From positions 25,967 through 89,966 of IMG/VR virus record IMGVR_UViG_3300009159_000050: a stretch of 64,000 bases of DNA; one strand, written 5' to 3'. The notes under the pieces were generated by a model. That model saw only the letters and a program-made list of their open reading frames with translations, was not told the DNA's origin and did no database searches. The stretch comes from a virus. Shown piece by piece: positions 26,983 to 37,325 of the stretch. Numbering within the stretch: the stretch's first letter is position 1; every line of letters starts with the position of its first letter. Made by a program: the position numbers and the translations under genes.

Positions 26983-27285
26983 TTAGCGCATGATATATTT
27001 GAGTGCTGAGACTAAATTGTTTATTGATTCTGCTGCCGTGTAATATATATTCTTCTTTGCCCTGTCATTTTTATCAACATTTGCCATCCAGGTAGCCTTG
27101 AACGCCATCTTTGCAGCAATTGCTTGCAGCCTTACAATCTCAATACTAGCTACTTGTGCTGGAATGTCTGGCTTAATAATTACCTTGGCTATAAAAGTCA
27201 AAGCCTGGGTTAGCTCTTCATCTTGCATATAGTCTGCTATTTCAGATAAACCATTTACCATATCTAGTGTTGTTTGTTCACTCAT
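26983..27285 (-). CDS. Hypothetical helical protein in the recombination module
   Basis: Packed ORF with SD. Confidence 0.65.
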   Translation of the reverse strand: MSEQTTLDMVNGLSEIADYMQDEELTQALTFIAKVIIKPDIPAQVASIEIVRLQAIAAKMAFKATWMANVDKNDRAKKNIYYTAAESINNLVSALKYIMR

Positions 27286-27568
27286 CTTCTTCTCCTATTA
27301 GTTGTTCCATTATTTCAAATTCAGTTATCATTAATCGTACCTTTGAATTTCCGTCACCAAGGACTAGAAGTATGGCAGGATCATTTCCGTTTCTAATAGC
27401 ATCTGTTACTGCTTTTGCCCAAACATCTTTATTTAAAGTAAAAGACTTTGAGCACTCCTTAAAATCTACTGTAAAGTTTTCCCAAGTAGCATCACCCTTA
27501 TGAGTATTGCGTCCAGAATTTTTATGCTGCTTGGCACCAATTCTTTTGCTTTCAGATCTTTCGCTCAT
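27278..27568 (-). CDS. Small PD-(D/E)XK nuclease (Hjc-like)
   Basis: SE...NSG...KGD...VDFKE. Confidence 0.65.
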   Translation of the reverse strand: MSERSESKRIGAKQHKNSGRNTHKGDATWENFTVDFKECSKSFTLNKDVWAKAVTDAIRNGNDPAILLVLGDGNSKVRLMITEFEIMEQLIGEEDE

Positions 27569-27728
27569 AGTCTTTCCTTGTTATTATAAGTGGCACCCTT
27601 GATATATGTTTTTGATTACACATCCATGTTACATCTGCACTCTCTAGCCATAGCCTTAGAGAGCTGACCTCTTCATTACATTTTTGACAAGCAAACTTTC
27701 CTGGAAAAATCTTAAACTTTTCAGACAT
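27552..27728 (-). CDS. Small zinc-ribbon protein (58 aa, not in the ORF track)
   Basis: Hand translation MSEKFKIFPGKFACQKCNEEVSSLRLWLESADVTWMCNQKHISRVPLIITRKDYERKI. Confidence 0.65.
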   Translation of the reverse strand: MSEKFKIFPGKFACQKCNEEVSSLRLWLESADVTWMCNQKHISRVPLIITRKDYERKI

Positions 27729-28734
27729 TTAGTATTTTAGTCTTAATAGAGTCTTGTAGATCTAAATCTTCTCTAACTCTATTAACAAAACCTTCCCTGC
27801 CTTGAACCTTTGTGCCATCAGGTAGTACATACCATGCACCTGTGCGTTCAACAATACCCATCATTTCAGCCGTATCAACAAGGTCGCCAATGCTATCAAT
27901 ACCCACATTATCTCCCCTGAAATAAAAGTCGTACTCGCCAGACTGAAAGCCAGGAGAAGTCTTAGAGAATTGGAGTTCCCAACGAATTTTGCGACCAATT
28001 TTTTCTTCAATAAGTTTATCTCCAACATGAATCTTGCCTTTAATTGCTTGATTATCTGACTCTGACGAAAATAGTTTAATAACTGTTGAGGAATAAAACT
28101 TAGTAGCTTGACCACCAGTAGGCTGCTGGCTAGTATACATAGCACTAATATTATTGCGAGACTGGCTAATAAGCACAAGCATAGTAGGCTTAACTTTATT
28201 ATTAGCGTAGTTAAGCATCTTCCATGCATTGCTAAAGTCTCTAGATTCCGCTCCAATTTGCTTGGTATTCTCAAGTTGCTTAAGTTCATCTGAATCCTTT
28301 TCAAAATATATTGCTGGTAACAATGAAGTGATAGAGTCAATAACTATTATATCAACTCCAGCCTGCATTAGGTTAGTACCAACATCAACCATTTCATTTA
28401 TTGTACGGCATTGTGAAACAATAAGCTTAGATGAATCAACACCAAGGCTTTCTGCCCATTTCTTATCATATGACATTTCAGCATCAATCCATGCACAGAC
28501 CTTTCCTTCCTTCTGTGCTAGACCTATCATTTGAAGGCATAGAGAGGACTTTGCAGATGACTTTGAGCCCCAGACCAGTACTTGTCTTCCATATGGCAAC
28601 CCACCGTTAAGAGCACGGTTTAAACCGAAGCTAGGGGTTGCTGCATATTGTGTATCTGGAATAGTGTCTCCAGCCATGACGGTCTTTCTTAGCTTTGGGC
28701 TAAGTTGAGCTAATACTTCTTCTACTGTTATCAT
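27721..28734 (-). CDS. recA: RecA/UvsX-like recombinase
   Basis: LNRALNGGLPYGR, P-loop GSKSSAKS, WIDAE, IVIDS, PTGGQATKFY, GAWY. Confidence 0.92.
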   Translation of the reverse strand: MITVEEVLAQLSPKLRKTVMAGDTIPDTQYAATPSFGLNRALNGGLPYGRQVLVWGSKSSAKSSLCLQMIGLAQKEGKVCAWIDAEMSYDKKWAESLGVDSSKLIVSQCRTINEMVDVGTNLMQAGVDIIVIDSITSLLPAIYFEKDSDELKQLENTKQIGAESRDFSNAWKMLNYANNKVKPTMLVLISQSRNNISAMYTSQQPTGGQATKFYSSTVIKLFSSESDNQAIKGKIHVGDKLIEEKIGRKIRWELQFSKTSPGFQSGEYDFYFRGDNVGIDSIGDLVDTAEMMGIVERTGAWYVLPDGTKVQGREGFVNRVREDLDLQDSIKTKILNV

Positions 28735-29051
28735 TAAAATCGTACCCCGTGTTTTTCTGGTCTAGTTTTATTAAAGTTAGTCTTTTCTTCCATTGCATAA
28801 TCTAGTGATATCTTAGTATACCCTGCTTCAACCATTCCTGCATAGAGATCTAGTGTACGAATTAAAATATCTGCTACTTCTTTAGCAATTTCTTCTTCGC
28901 CCTTATCCTTACGCACAGCTTCCATAACCTCAGTTACTTCAGACACAATCATCATGCACTGCTTAGCAATAAAAATATCATCAATATCTTCAGGCCAAAA
29001 ACCTTTTTTTACTGCTGCTTCATGTAAAGCAATTGCTAAATCATCAAACAC
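28734..29051 (-). CDS. MazG-like NTP pyrophosphohydrolase
   Basis: SEVTEVMEA...EVADILIR..D. Confidence 0.82.
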   Translation of the reverse strand: MFDDLAIALHEAAVKKGFWPEDIDDIFIAKQCMMIVSEVTEVMEAVRKDKGEEEIAKEVADILIRTLDLYAGMVEAGYTKISLDYAMEEKTNFNKTRPEKHGVRF

Positions 29052-32000
29052 TTTCTACCTCATTCATTGTAACAGTTCCATCCTTAGTCTTTCCAAAATC
29101 AAATTTATACACACTGCCTTCTTCAATCTTCATGTAAGCTTTTGCAAACTGCATTGGAAAAACAACAACTGAATGCATCTCTCTTGCTGAATCTGCAAGA
29201 ACCAGGGAAGCCATCTTTTTGCCAGCCTTAGTCACTCTTGGTTTAAAGGAGACAACAAAGTGTTCCCCTTCTTTGTATGGCAACATCTTATAATTTAAAA
29301 ACTTAACCAAAGAACTTTTAGATTCCTTTAGTTCATCAGCAGGTATTGCAGACACAATCCTATTATCACTTGCAAGAATGAGATAAGTGCGACCAGTCTC
29401 AATAGACGGAGACTCCTCATCAAATATACCAACACTGCCAGTCTTGTCCAAAACTTCAACTCGTGACCATCCTGTTCCTCGTTTAATTGACTTTACCATA
29501 CCAAGCAATACAAAAGATCCAGTCTCTTCATACTCCTCAATATCATTAATGTATGCATAGTAATGTTGTGGAATAGATGTATTAAACTCAGGAAGGTTTA
29601 AGTACTCGTAAAGATTTTCTTTAACTTCCTGCGGATTTGCTGCATTGTCTGGAAAAGTAAGTGCGCCTACACATCTCATTGCCTGTAGAGCACGACTATT
29701 AACTCCATTGCCCTTTGTAAAAGTAAACTCTTCTACTTGCTTATATGATGTGAACGGACGGCCTGCAATATATCTTTCTGCAATCTTATCAGAGATATAT
29801 TTAATACCCGTAAGCCCAAACCTAATCCCTTTGCCCTCAATCTTAAAATCAATTTCCGAATCATTAAGATGCGGAAGCTTAACAGGTATACCCATACGTT
29901 TTGCTTCAATTAAATACTCTGTTCTTCCGTCTTTATCTTTTTCATTCTTCAGCAATGCAAACATAAACTCTAGTGGATAGTGATACTTTAGCCACGCTGT
30001 CCAGTATGAAAGTGTTGAGTATGCTACAGCGTGAGACTTATTAAATGAGTACCCTGCGTGAGCCTCAAAGTCATGCCATAGGTCTAGCGCATCATTTGGC
30101 GAAAGGTATTGCGAAGCACCTTTAACAAATTTATCCTTGAACTCGTCAAAGTCTTTAGCATCTTTCTTCTTTCCAATGATCTTTCTAACTTTGTCCGCTT
30201 CCGACATGGACATACCGCCAAGCTGTACGCATGCTTGCATAACTTGTTCTTGGTAAAGAATACAACCATAAGTTTCCTCCGTAAATGATTTCATAACTTG
30301 GTGCTTATAGTCAATGTTTTCACGACCATGCTTACGAGCAATATAAGATTTACCAATAGTGTTCATAGCACCAGGACGAACTAATGCATTTGAAGCTGCT
30401 AGTTCAGCAAGATTTTTTACACGCATCTTGACTAGAAGGTTTGTATATGGTGCTGCTTCACATTGAAACACGCCCTTTGTGTAACCATCTGACAACATAG
30501 TGTACACGTTTGCATCATCCATATCAATCTTAAGAAGGTCAATCTTTGTTCCTTCTCTGTCTTTAATAATATCAATACAATCTTTAAGAACACTAAGAGT
30601 CTTAAGACCAAGAGCATCAATCTTAATAAGACCAATATTTTCAGCCTCACCCATATCAACTGCTACCACTGGAATTCTTTCATCTTGTCCAGTAACTGAT
30701 CTTGTTTCTAATGGTGCGTATCTGAAGATTGGATCTTTACTTGTTACAACTCCTGCTGCATGGATTCCAGTGCCACGAATTCTTCCACGAAGCTGATCTC
30801 CATAAACCTCTACCTCTGGATACTTCTCTCTAAACCAATATGTATTTTTTGAAGTACAATAATCGTCCCATGTATCAACCACCTTAAGTACTTTATTTAC
30901 ATCTGGAAGAGGTATGTTTAAGCATCGTGCAACATCTCGCACAACACCCTTATCTTTAAACTGCAAGAATGTGGCAATAGAAGCAACATGGCGATACTGA
31001 CGAACCAAATAATCTTTTACTTCATCACGACGAGTGTCTTGGATGTCTGAGTCAATATCAGGAAAATCATTACGGTCTGGGTTAATAAAACGAAAGAACA
31101 ACAGTCCATGCTTAATTGGATCAATATCTGTAATGCCAAGTGCATAACAAAGCAAAGATCCTGCTGCAGATCCACGACCAGGACCAACCATAATACCTTC
31201 ACTCTTAGCCCAGTTTAACATGTTGCGTACTACTAGGAAGTATGGTCCAAAATTCTTTTGTCCAATAATCTCTAACTCTTCATCAAGTCGTGAAAGATAC
31301 TCTTCATTGTTTTCTAGTTTTCTTTCAGCCAAACCTTCAAGAGCAAGCTTCTTAAGTTCATTCATTGGCTTCTTATATTGAACTGGAAGTAAATCTAGGT
31401 GTTCTTTAATGTCATAGCCTTCTACTTTATCTGCAATTTCATTTGTAGATGTGAACATATCTTCACGATCAATACCTTGCTTTAGCATTGCATCCCTCAT
31501 CTCTTCATAAGAAAGAAGATGAATGTCAAACTTATTAAAACTCATCATACGGTCTGCGCCATAAAGATAATCAAGACGATCCATAAATGATTCGTGCTTC
31601 TTTGACTTATCGTATGTTACATCTTTCTGTAACTTGGCATGAGTATTAAGAAGAAGCATTAGCTCCTGAACTTCTTTTTGACTTGTGTCAGAGTGATGGC
31701 AGTCTGGTGTTACAACGATCTTAACCTTTGCTGCATCGGCAAGTTCAATAATTCCTTTATTAACTTCTGGTGGGTTGTGTGGCATTACTTCAATATAGTA
31801 ATCATCGCCAAATTCTTTTTTAAACCACTGTATATGTTTCTTTGCTGTTGCAAGTTCCCCTAGCTCAACAGCCTTTGCTATCCAGCCACTAAGACATGCG
31901 GATGTAACAATAATTCCTTCTTTGTACTTAGTAAGTGTTTCAAAATCAAACCTTGGCTTGCTAAAGAAACCATCTGTCCATGCAATCTCATTAATCTTAT

Positions 32001-32319
32001 TAAGGTTTTCTAAACCCTGTTGGTTCTTAGCGAGAAGAACTATATGATGATAGTTTTGGTCAAGAGGGTCTGGGCGGTCTGCCTTTGCTCTCTTATCTTC
32101 CATACTTGTCGTCATATAGCCTTCTACACCAAGTATTGGCTTAATTCCATTTGCTTTTGCAATACGGTGCAGTTCCCTATGCCCAGATAAAGTACCGTGG
32201 TCAGTAATGGCAATCGCTGTCATTCCTAACTCAACTGCACGGTTCACGTATTCTTCTGGAGTAGCAACACCATCCATTAAGGAGTAGTGTGTATGGACAT
32301 GTAAGCCAACGTAGTTCAT
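29044..32319 (-). CDS. dnaE: DNA polymerase III alpha subunit with an intact PHP domain
   Basis: LHVHTHYS, ITDHG, GPGRGSAAGSL, PDIDSD, HAAGVV, YSFNKSH. Confidence 0.96.
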   Translation of the reverse strand: MNYVGLHVHTHYSLMDGVATPEEYVNRAVELGMTAIAITDHGTLSGHRELHRIAKANGIKPILGVEGYMTTSMEDKRAKADRPDPLDQNYHHIVLLAKNQQGLENLNKINEIAWTDGFFSKPRFDFETLTKYKEGIIVTSACLSGWIAKAVELGELATAKKHIQWFKKEFGDDYYIEVMPHNPPEVNKGIIELADAAKVKIVVTPDCHHSDTSQKEVQELMLLLNTHAKLQKDVTYDKSKKHESFMDRLDYLYGADRMMSFNKFDIHLLSYEEMRDAMLKQGIDREDMFTSTNEIADKVEGYDIKEHLDLLPVQYKKPMNELKKLALEGLAERKLENNEEYLSRLDEELEIIGQKNFGPYFLVVRNMLNWAKSEGIMVGPGRGSAAGSLLCYALGITDIDPIKHGLLFFRFINPDRNDFPDIDSDIQDTRRDEVKDYLVRQYRHVASIATFLQFKDKGVVRDVARCLNIPLPDVNKVLKVVDTWDDYCTSKNTYWFREKYPEVEVYGDQLRGRIRGTGIHAAGVVTSKDPIFRYAPLETRSVTGQDERIPVVAVDMGEAENIGLIKIDALGLKTLSVLKDCIDIIKDREGTKIDLLKIDMDDANVYTMLSDGYTKGVFQCEAAPYTNLLVKMRVKNLAELAASNALVRPGAMNTIGKSYIARKHGRENIDYKHQVMKSFTEETYGCILYQEQVMQACVQLGGMSMSEADKVRKIIGKKKDAKDFDEFKDKFVKGASQYLSPNDALDLWHDFEAHAGYSFNKSHAVAYSTLSYWTAWLKYHYPLEFMFALLKNEKDKDGRTEYLIEAKRMGIPVKLPHLNDSEIDFKIEGKGIRFGLTGIKYISDKIAERYIAGRPFTSYKQVEEFTFTKGNGVNSRALQAMRCVGALTFPDNAANPQEVKENLYEYLNLPEFNTSIPQHYYAYINDIEEYEETGSFVLLGMVKSIKRGTGWSRVEVLDKTGSVGIFDEESPSIETGRTYLILASDNRIVSAIPADELKESKSSLVKFLNYKMLPYKEGEHFVVSFKPRVTKAGKKMASLVLADSAREMHSVVVFPMQFAKAYMKIEEGSVYKFDFGKTKDGTVTMNEVESV

Positions 32320-32323
32320 CTAG

Positions 32324-32980
32324 TTACCAGTCAATATTGGCTGATGAAGAAGATGAAGGAGTATCAAAGCCTAGATAAAAGGCTTCCTGTTCCGCATAAG
32401 GAACTTTGTTAAGAGCCTTCTCCAATGGATATGGCTCAACTCCTGCCCAATCAAATGGAGCAGAATCTGGAGTACTTGGAATAAGTGTATAGCTTGTTTC
32501 AGTTCCCTGACCATTACGCTTTACCTTCCAAGTAAGATTTGAAATGCTACCTGTCTCAAGTGCATATTCACGAATAGTATTAAATGCTGATTGCTTGCTA
32601 ACACCCATGTTCCAAATTGCAACATACGGTGCTTCAATGCCATCATCTACAAGAACATTGCAATAGAAGCGAAGACGTGCTCTCCAGCCAGCCTTCATAT
32701 CCTTGCGGTGCATCTCTTCTGCCCAGTCACGACCTTCTGATTCCATTGTGTCTACAGCCTTGCGCTTGTAGTCCTTTGGATTTGTGTGTTCTGAAACAAC
32801 TAGCGCAAGGCCTCGTGCCTCGCTGTAATTTGCTGAATCTTCATCTAGTTCTTCAATGAAACGAATCTTTACTGCTTGTCCATCAGCGATCTTGAACCAA
32901 CGAACCTTTGAACCTGTGCCTTCAAACTTTGGCTTATCTACTAGTGCGTTGATGTTTTTTAGTCCTTTTACAATTGCCAT
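32324..32980 (-). CDS. Single-stranded DNA-binding protein (gp32-like)
   Basis: KIRF...KVKRNGQGTETSY; acidic/aromatic C-terminus; located between primase and polymerase. Confidence 0.65.
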   Translation of the reverse strand: MAIVKGLKNINALVDKPKFEGTGSKVRWFKIADGQAVKIRFIEELDEDSANYSEARGLALVVSEHTNPKDYKRKAVDTMESEGRDWAEEMHRKDMKAGWRARLRFYCNVLVDDGIEAPYVAIWNMGVSKQSAFNTIREYALETGSISNLTWKVKRNGQGTETSYTLIPSTPDSAPFDWAGVEPYPLEKALNKVPYAEQEAFYLGFDTPSSSSSANIDW

Positions 32981-33009
32981 TTTGTCCTGCTCCTTTTTTA
33001 TTATTGTTT

Positions 33010-33972
33010 TTATTTTAGCATAGATATGATTGAATTGTCAAACTGGAACTCCAGTTTTTTAATCTCATCATCATCCATGTCTCCTATGTCTTTATATTTT
33101 TTGTCTAAGCTAATAACACTTACAAGATGACCTAGCTTTTCAACTAGCTTATCTTTCATGATGCTACCAGCTTCGTCGTTGTCTGCAATTAGTACAACAT
33201 TGTTGAAGTACTTTTCTAACAGTCTGATCTGAGATACAGACACATTAGCACCCAGCGTTGCAACTGCTGGAAAACCTATCTGGTCTAAGCGGATTGCATC
33301 AAAAGATGATTCCACCACATATACTACACTAGAACTCTTTACTCTATGTAGGTTAAATAAAACCTTGCTCTTAGGAAGTCCTGGAGTATTCTTAAAATCT
33401 TTACCTTCAATTGTCCTGGCAACAAACCCTATACACATACCATCTGGTGAATGTACTGGAATGGTTACAGACCCCTGCTTTTCAGAGTAACCTAAGTCAA
33501 ACTTAATAACAGAGTCTTTTGTTAGTCTGCGACCATTAAAATAATTCATTGCTACTGGAGCATCAAGTGCTTGCTTATTTAATCTTTTGATAAGCAGTTC
33601 ATCATACTGAACAAAATCAGGTGGTGCATACAGTGCTTTATCTACTATTGTTTGTATATCAGACTTCTGCTCTTTGCCTTTAATGTACCTTACCGTTTCA
33701 AAATACGATCTGTTAGAAGTAAACATAATAAGCTCAACAAGATTTTTAGTTATCTGACATCCAAAACAAAAGAACAAGCCACTATCCTTTGCTACTTCTC
33801 CAGCAGGTGTTCTCGTATTATTGTGGTATGGGCAATAGATAATAAAATCATTACCAAACTCAGCCTCAATATCAAGTCCTGCACCATTGAGAACACGACG
33901 AATCTGCTCTTCTGTATATATCTCTTTACTTACCATCTTCAAAATCCTTATAACGATAATAGCCTTTATCAA
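33010..33972 (-). CDS. DNA primase (CHC2 zinc finger plus TOPRIM)
   Basis: CPYH...FCFGC; VVESSFDA; DNDEAG; KDIGD; true start probably MVSKE. Confidence 0.9.
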   Translation of the reverse strand: MIKAIIVIRILKMVSKEIYTEEQIRRVLNGAGLDIEAEFGNDFIIYCPYHNNTRTPAGEVAKDSGLFFCFGCQITKNLVELIMFTSNRSYFETVRYIKGKEQKSDIQTIVDKALYAPPDFVQYDELLIKRLNKQALDAPVAMNYFNGRRLTKDSVIKFDLGYSEKQGSVTIPVHSPDGMCIGFVARTIEGKDFKNTPGLPKSKVLFNLHRVKSSSVVYVVESSFDAIRLDQIGFPAVATLGANVSVSQIRLLEKYFNNVVLIADNDEAGSIMKDKLVEKLGHLVSVISLDKKYKDIGDMDDDEIKKLEFQFDNSIISMLK

Positions 33973-35149
33973 AGTCGCATTGAACTAAGAAGTCTCCCAT
34001 AAAACCATTACGGTTCTTTCTAAACGCACACTCAATAATATCGCTGTTACTGGCACGACCTAAAGCCATTACCCAGTCAGCATCGTAGGCAATCTGTCTT
34101 GACCATGCAGTCTGTGCAAGAGTAGGAACAGTTGACATATCCTTTACATCATCAGGTGTAGCGGATGAGATAGCAATGATAGGAACTTCTTCGCTAATAG
34201 CCATGAGCTTTAGTTCACGAGAAAGGTTTTTCATCTTTACCGTTTCATTATCAGCCTTTTGGTTAGGGCTCATAAGTTGAAGATAGTCAACCACAACAAA
34301 GTCTGGCTTATACTGATCTATCTTTCCACGAATAACAGAAGGTGTTACTTCACCGCCAGAGTCATTTGATATGATGTGGAATGGTGGACGGCCCTCAAGT
34401 TTATTTGCATGCCACTTCTTTAGCATATCAAGTTCTATCTCACCGTTAGATAGTTTTCTATGTGACCACAGGCCTTCACCCATAATTGTAAATACTCTGT
34501 TACGAACTTCTGTCTCACTCATTTCAAGGGAAATTATAAGTGGTGTCTTGCCTTGCTTCCAAGCCTGTACAGCAAAGTACAAAGCCATCCATGACTTACC
34601 AATTCCAGGGTATGCAAGAAATACTCCAAGCTGTCCAGGCATAATTCCAGAAGGAAGGTAGTTATCAAACCCTGGCAAACCAGTTTTAATGCCACGCACT
34701 CCAAGTGCTTGCTGCTCTTTAACATTTTCAAAATATGCAATTGCAGAATCAATATCTGTTGCATCAATGTCACGAATAGAAGAAGTGTTTTTCTTTAGAG
34801 CAGAGGTCTTGGTAATCAAATCTTCAAGTGCTCGTCCGCCTTGACCACTCTGAACTTCAGTCGCAGCAGATCTTAGTATATCCTTCATGCTGTCGTTTAC
34901 ATACTCAACCTTTAACTCTTCAAGGTGATGCTTAGTAGCACCAACATCCTTGACAACTTCAAAATCTCTAAACTTTTCTACTACCAAAGATGAAGGGGGA
35001 ACTGTTCCATTGTTTTCAGCATAGAGACGGATAAAGTTCCAGACATCGTTGTGCGTTCTTAATAGTGTCTCTACGTTTGCCTGTAGTAGTACGTGGAGTT
35101 GCTTGTCTTGTAATACCGCTGAAATTACTTTAGCTTCAGTATTATTCAC
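33926..35149 (-). CDS. dnaB: Replicative DnaB-like helicase
   Basis: AYPGIGKS, SLEMS, VVVDYLQLM, IAYDAD, KNRNG. Confidence 0.93.
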   Translation of the reverse strand: MNNTEAKVISAVLQDKQLHVLLQANVETLLRTHNDVWNFIRLYAENNGTVPPSSLVVEKFRDFEVVKDVGATKHHLEELKVEYVNDSMKDILRSAATEVQSGQGGRALEDLITKTSALKKNTSSIRDIDATDIDSAIAYFENVKEQQALGVRGIKTGLPGFDNYLPSGIMPGQLGVFLAYPGIGKSWMALYFAVQAWKQGKTPLIISLEMSETEVRNRVFTIMGEGLWSHRKLSNGEIELDMLKKWHANKLEGRPPFHIISNDSGGEVTPSVIRGKIDQYKPDFVVVDYLQLMSPNQKADNETVKMKNLSRELKLMAISEEVPIIAISSATPDDVKDMSTVPTLAQTAWSRQIAYDADWVMALGRASNSDIIECAFRKNRNGFMGDFLVQCDFDKGYYRYKDFEDGK

Positions 35150-35450
35150 TTAGCCACTCCTTTGCTTTAGCCCTGCGTTGTTGTCTCTCTTTTAAGTCTT
35201 GTTCTACATCTAGTTTACCATTAAGAATTTTTTCTGCATTATAAGCAAAATAGTTCCAGCTTGTTTCTTGTGCAACAGAAAAGTAATACTCAAGCAGATC
35301 ATAACACTGAGATATACCATAGGACTCAATGAGTCCATCTGATGCCCATTGTTCAACGTTTAAATTTAAAGATGGCTTTTGCTCATACTTTGCTGTATGC
35401 AATTTTGAGTATCTGCTAAGCAAAGCCATTCGGTCTTTGCGTTCAGCCAT
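35142..35450 (-). CDS. Hypothetical protein, possibly a helicase partner
   Basis: Coupled upstream of dnaB. Confidence 0.6.
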   Translation of the reverse strand: MAERKDRMALLSRYSKLHTAKYEQKPSLNLNVEQWASDGLIESYGISQCYDLLEYYFSVAQETSWNYFAYNAEKILNGKLDVEQDLKERQQRRAKAKEWLSE

Positions 35451-35656
35451 TACTCTGAGATTTCAGACTTTGCTTCTTGAATCTTTTCAGTTAGCTTATC
35501 TTCTACAAACTTATACACACGCTCAAAAGCTTCAGGAGTTGTTTCACCATCGCGCTTGCTATCTACAACACCAAGATCAAGTCTTAGTGATTGAAAGTTA
35601 CCAAGGTTAAGAGTGTATCCTAGTGTTACATTAATCTTTGTTGAATCGTTTTCCAT
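35450..35656 (-). CDS. Small hypothetical protein
   Basis: TLNLGNFQSLRLD; first gene after a promoter. Confidence 0.7.
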   Translation of the reverse strand: MENDSTKINVTLGYTLNLGNFQSLRLDLGVVDSKRDGETTPEAFERVYKFVEDKLTEKIQEAKSEISE

Positions 35657-35689
35657 TACCCACCCATTTCATTATTTTTCCGTATACTA

Positions 35690-35720
35690 ATCATAGCATA
35701 AAGGTTTTATACTTGCAAGT
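35690..35720 (-). promoter_or_regulatory. Promoter of the replication operon
   Basis: TTGCAA-17 nt-TATGAT with TG extension; the -35 lies in the palindrome ACTTGCAAGT. Confidence 0.6.
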
Positions 35721-35730
35721 TGCAAAATGT

Positions 35731-35841
35731 TTATTTTTGTACAATAATATTTACAGTACTTGGCTTTTCTATTTCAACAGACAATGTTTTTTTTGTTACA
35801 GTAACAATTGCTGACTCTTTATCTATTACGATATTAGTCAC
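35731..35841 (-). CDS. 36-aa beta-rich peptide, possibly a fibre-gene remnant
   Basis: GTG start overlaps the upstream stop; (M)TNIVIDKESAIVTVTKKTLSVEIEKPSTVNIIVQK. Confidence 0.35.
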   Translation of the reverse strand: MTNIVIDKESAIVTVTKKTLSVEIEKPSTVNIIVQK

Positions 35842-36394
35842 GTGTTACCTGACTATTGATTGAAAGAGTTCCTTGAATAAGCCTTGTAACTTCTCCAGCT
35901 GGAGATGTTATTTTTAAATCATATACATACTGTGGTGATGTAAGCAAAGCTGTTTGTGCAGCGGTTGCAGAAATTGTTACTTTTCCAGTAGTAGGATTAA
36001 TGGTAAGGCCAGAGCCTACCATCGCATAGCCTCCAGATACGTAGGTACCACTTGCTGCACTATCTACAGTAAAGTTACTAGAAGTTGCAGCTTTTACCTT
36101 CACATTTGAAAGGTTGTAATCAACTGGAGTAACTCCATAGATATATGCAGTTTGATTTGCTGTAAAAGAATTAGTTGCGGTGTATGTAACTACTCCTGAT
36201 GAGTTAGCAACAGCTGTAATAGCAGCTGCTTTTGCTTCTAGTGTGAATACTGGTGAAGCAGAAGTAAGAAACTCTCTTACCTGTAGCTTTCCTGTATAAC
36301 CAAGTAAAGATACGGCAGAAAAATTCTCTAAATACTCAACTGTTAATATCCAGTTTGATCCTTGATCAATTGTAGGGCTATAATCCTTTGCCAT
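35834..36394 (-). CDS. Tail-fibre attachment or adaptor-like beta-sandwich protein with an inserted domain
   Basis: IDQGSNW...L.GYT...QVR and G.V.IS.TAAQT..L...YVYDL.I...G.V.RLIQG pattern. Confidence 0.6.
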   Translation of the reverse strand: MAKDYSPTIDQGSNWILTVEYLENFSAVSLLGYTGKLQVREFLTSASPVFTLEAKAAAITAVANSSGVVTYTATNSFTANQTAYIYGVTPVDYNLSNVKVKAATSSNFTVDSAASGTYVSGGYAMVGSGLTINPTTGKVTISATAAQTALLTSPQYVYDLKITSPAGEVTRLIQGTLSINSQVTRD

Positions 36395-36440
36395 GCCATC
36401 TCCTAAAAATAGTTTAACCTTTAAATTATATCACAAGTAT

Positions 36441-36983
36441 TTAGAGGGTTTCAGTCCAAACAGGTATAAACCTGCCATCTTCTGTCTTCGTATATGTAAG
36501 TATACCGTCTCCCATGCGCCTGGTCAACTCTTGAGTAGTAGGCGTCATATTATTTGTTATTAATTTGTCTTTTCTTGGCTGTCCAATATGTATGCTTGCA
36601 AGTATAGCACGAATCTCTCTTACATGTGATTCAGAGTAGTAGGATCTAATTGTAAAACCTCTTTCACCATTAACCTTAGCCCCTATTGGTGGAGGAATAA
36701 CTCCTCGTTTAATTAGACTTGGCATATACTTTCTATGCCTATTTACAAGCTTTGCAGTTTCTGCTACGCTATATGCTCTCTCTTTACCCTTTTTAAAATC
36801 AGACAGTAGGCATGTCTCTAAACGATCTTTAGTTATATTATAAAATGTAACCATGCCAGTGGAGCGGGAGTTATGATATACCCTTACTAAGTCCCCATTC
36901 AAGAACCATACTTTAACCTTGCCTTTAATTACAGGCTCGTTATTGTATGCTTCGCTCTGAATTTTTCCTTTTGAAGTATCCAT
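36441..36983 (-). CDS. MerR/excisionase-like HTH DNA-binding protein
   Basis: YSVAETAKLVNRH...IKRGVIPPP...RSYYSESHV. Confidence 0.6.
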   Translation of the reverse strand: MDTSKGKIQSEAYNNEPVIKGKVKVWFLNGDLVRVYHNSRSTGMVTFYNITKDRLETCLLSDFKKGKERAYSVAETAKLVNRHRKYMPSLIKRGVIPPPIGAKVNGERGFTIRSYYSESHVREIRAILASIHIGQPRKDKLITNNMTPTTQELTRRMGDGILTYTKTEDGRFIPVWTETL

Positions 36984-37120
36984 TGTCCCTCTTTGGTTTC
37001 TAAAACTGGATGATAGAACTTTCTATTACCACATATAAGACAAGCTGTTTCTATATGATCAATGCCAGTGTACTGTCTATCTACGAACACACGACCATTA
37101 CACTTTTTGCATTTTAACAT
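36929..37120 (-). CDS. Zinc-ribbon protein
   Basis: CKKCNG...CLICG. Confidence 0.7.
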   Translation of the reverse strand: MLKCKKCNGRVFVDRQYTGIDHIETACLICGNRKFYHPVLETKEGQWILQKEKFRAKHTITSL

Positions 37121-37124
37121 TTAT

Positions 37125-37316
37125 TTATTCAGCTTCTTTGGTAAGAATGTTTTCAACAGATAAAGAATAGTCATTGATTGCTTTTTCTTTATTTTGTTTT
37201 TCTTGTATTAGTTCCGTAATCTCTGCTCTTAAAATTGCAATCTGGGTTTCATAATTAGAGACCAGTTCTCCAATTCTCTGTTGTAGAACGGTAATTACTA
37301 GTTCCGCTTTATCCAT
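37125..37316 (-). CDS. Small coiled-coil protein
   Basis: Heptad-rich sequence. Confidence 0.6.
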   Translation of the reverse strand: MDKAELVITVLQQRIGELVSNYETQIAILRAEITELIQEKQNKEKAINDYSLSVENILTKEAE

Positions 37317-37325
37317 TATGATAGC

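Noticed and set aside
21523-35149. Inteins or introns in terL, recA, dnaE or dnaB
   Set aside because: Protein lengths are ordinary, motifs are contiguous, and no C...HN splice junctions or LAGLIDADG blocks were seen
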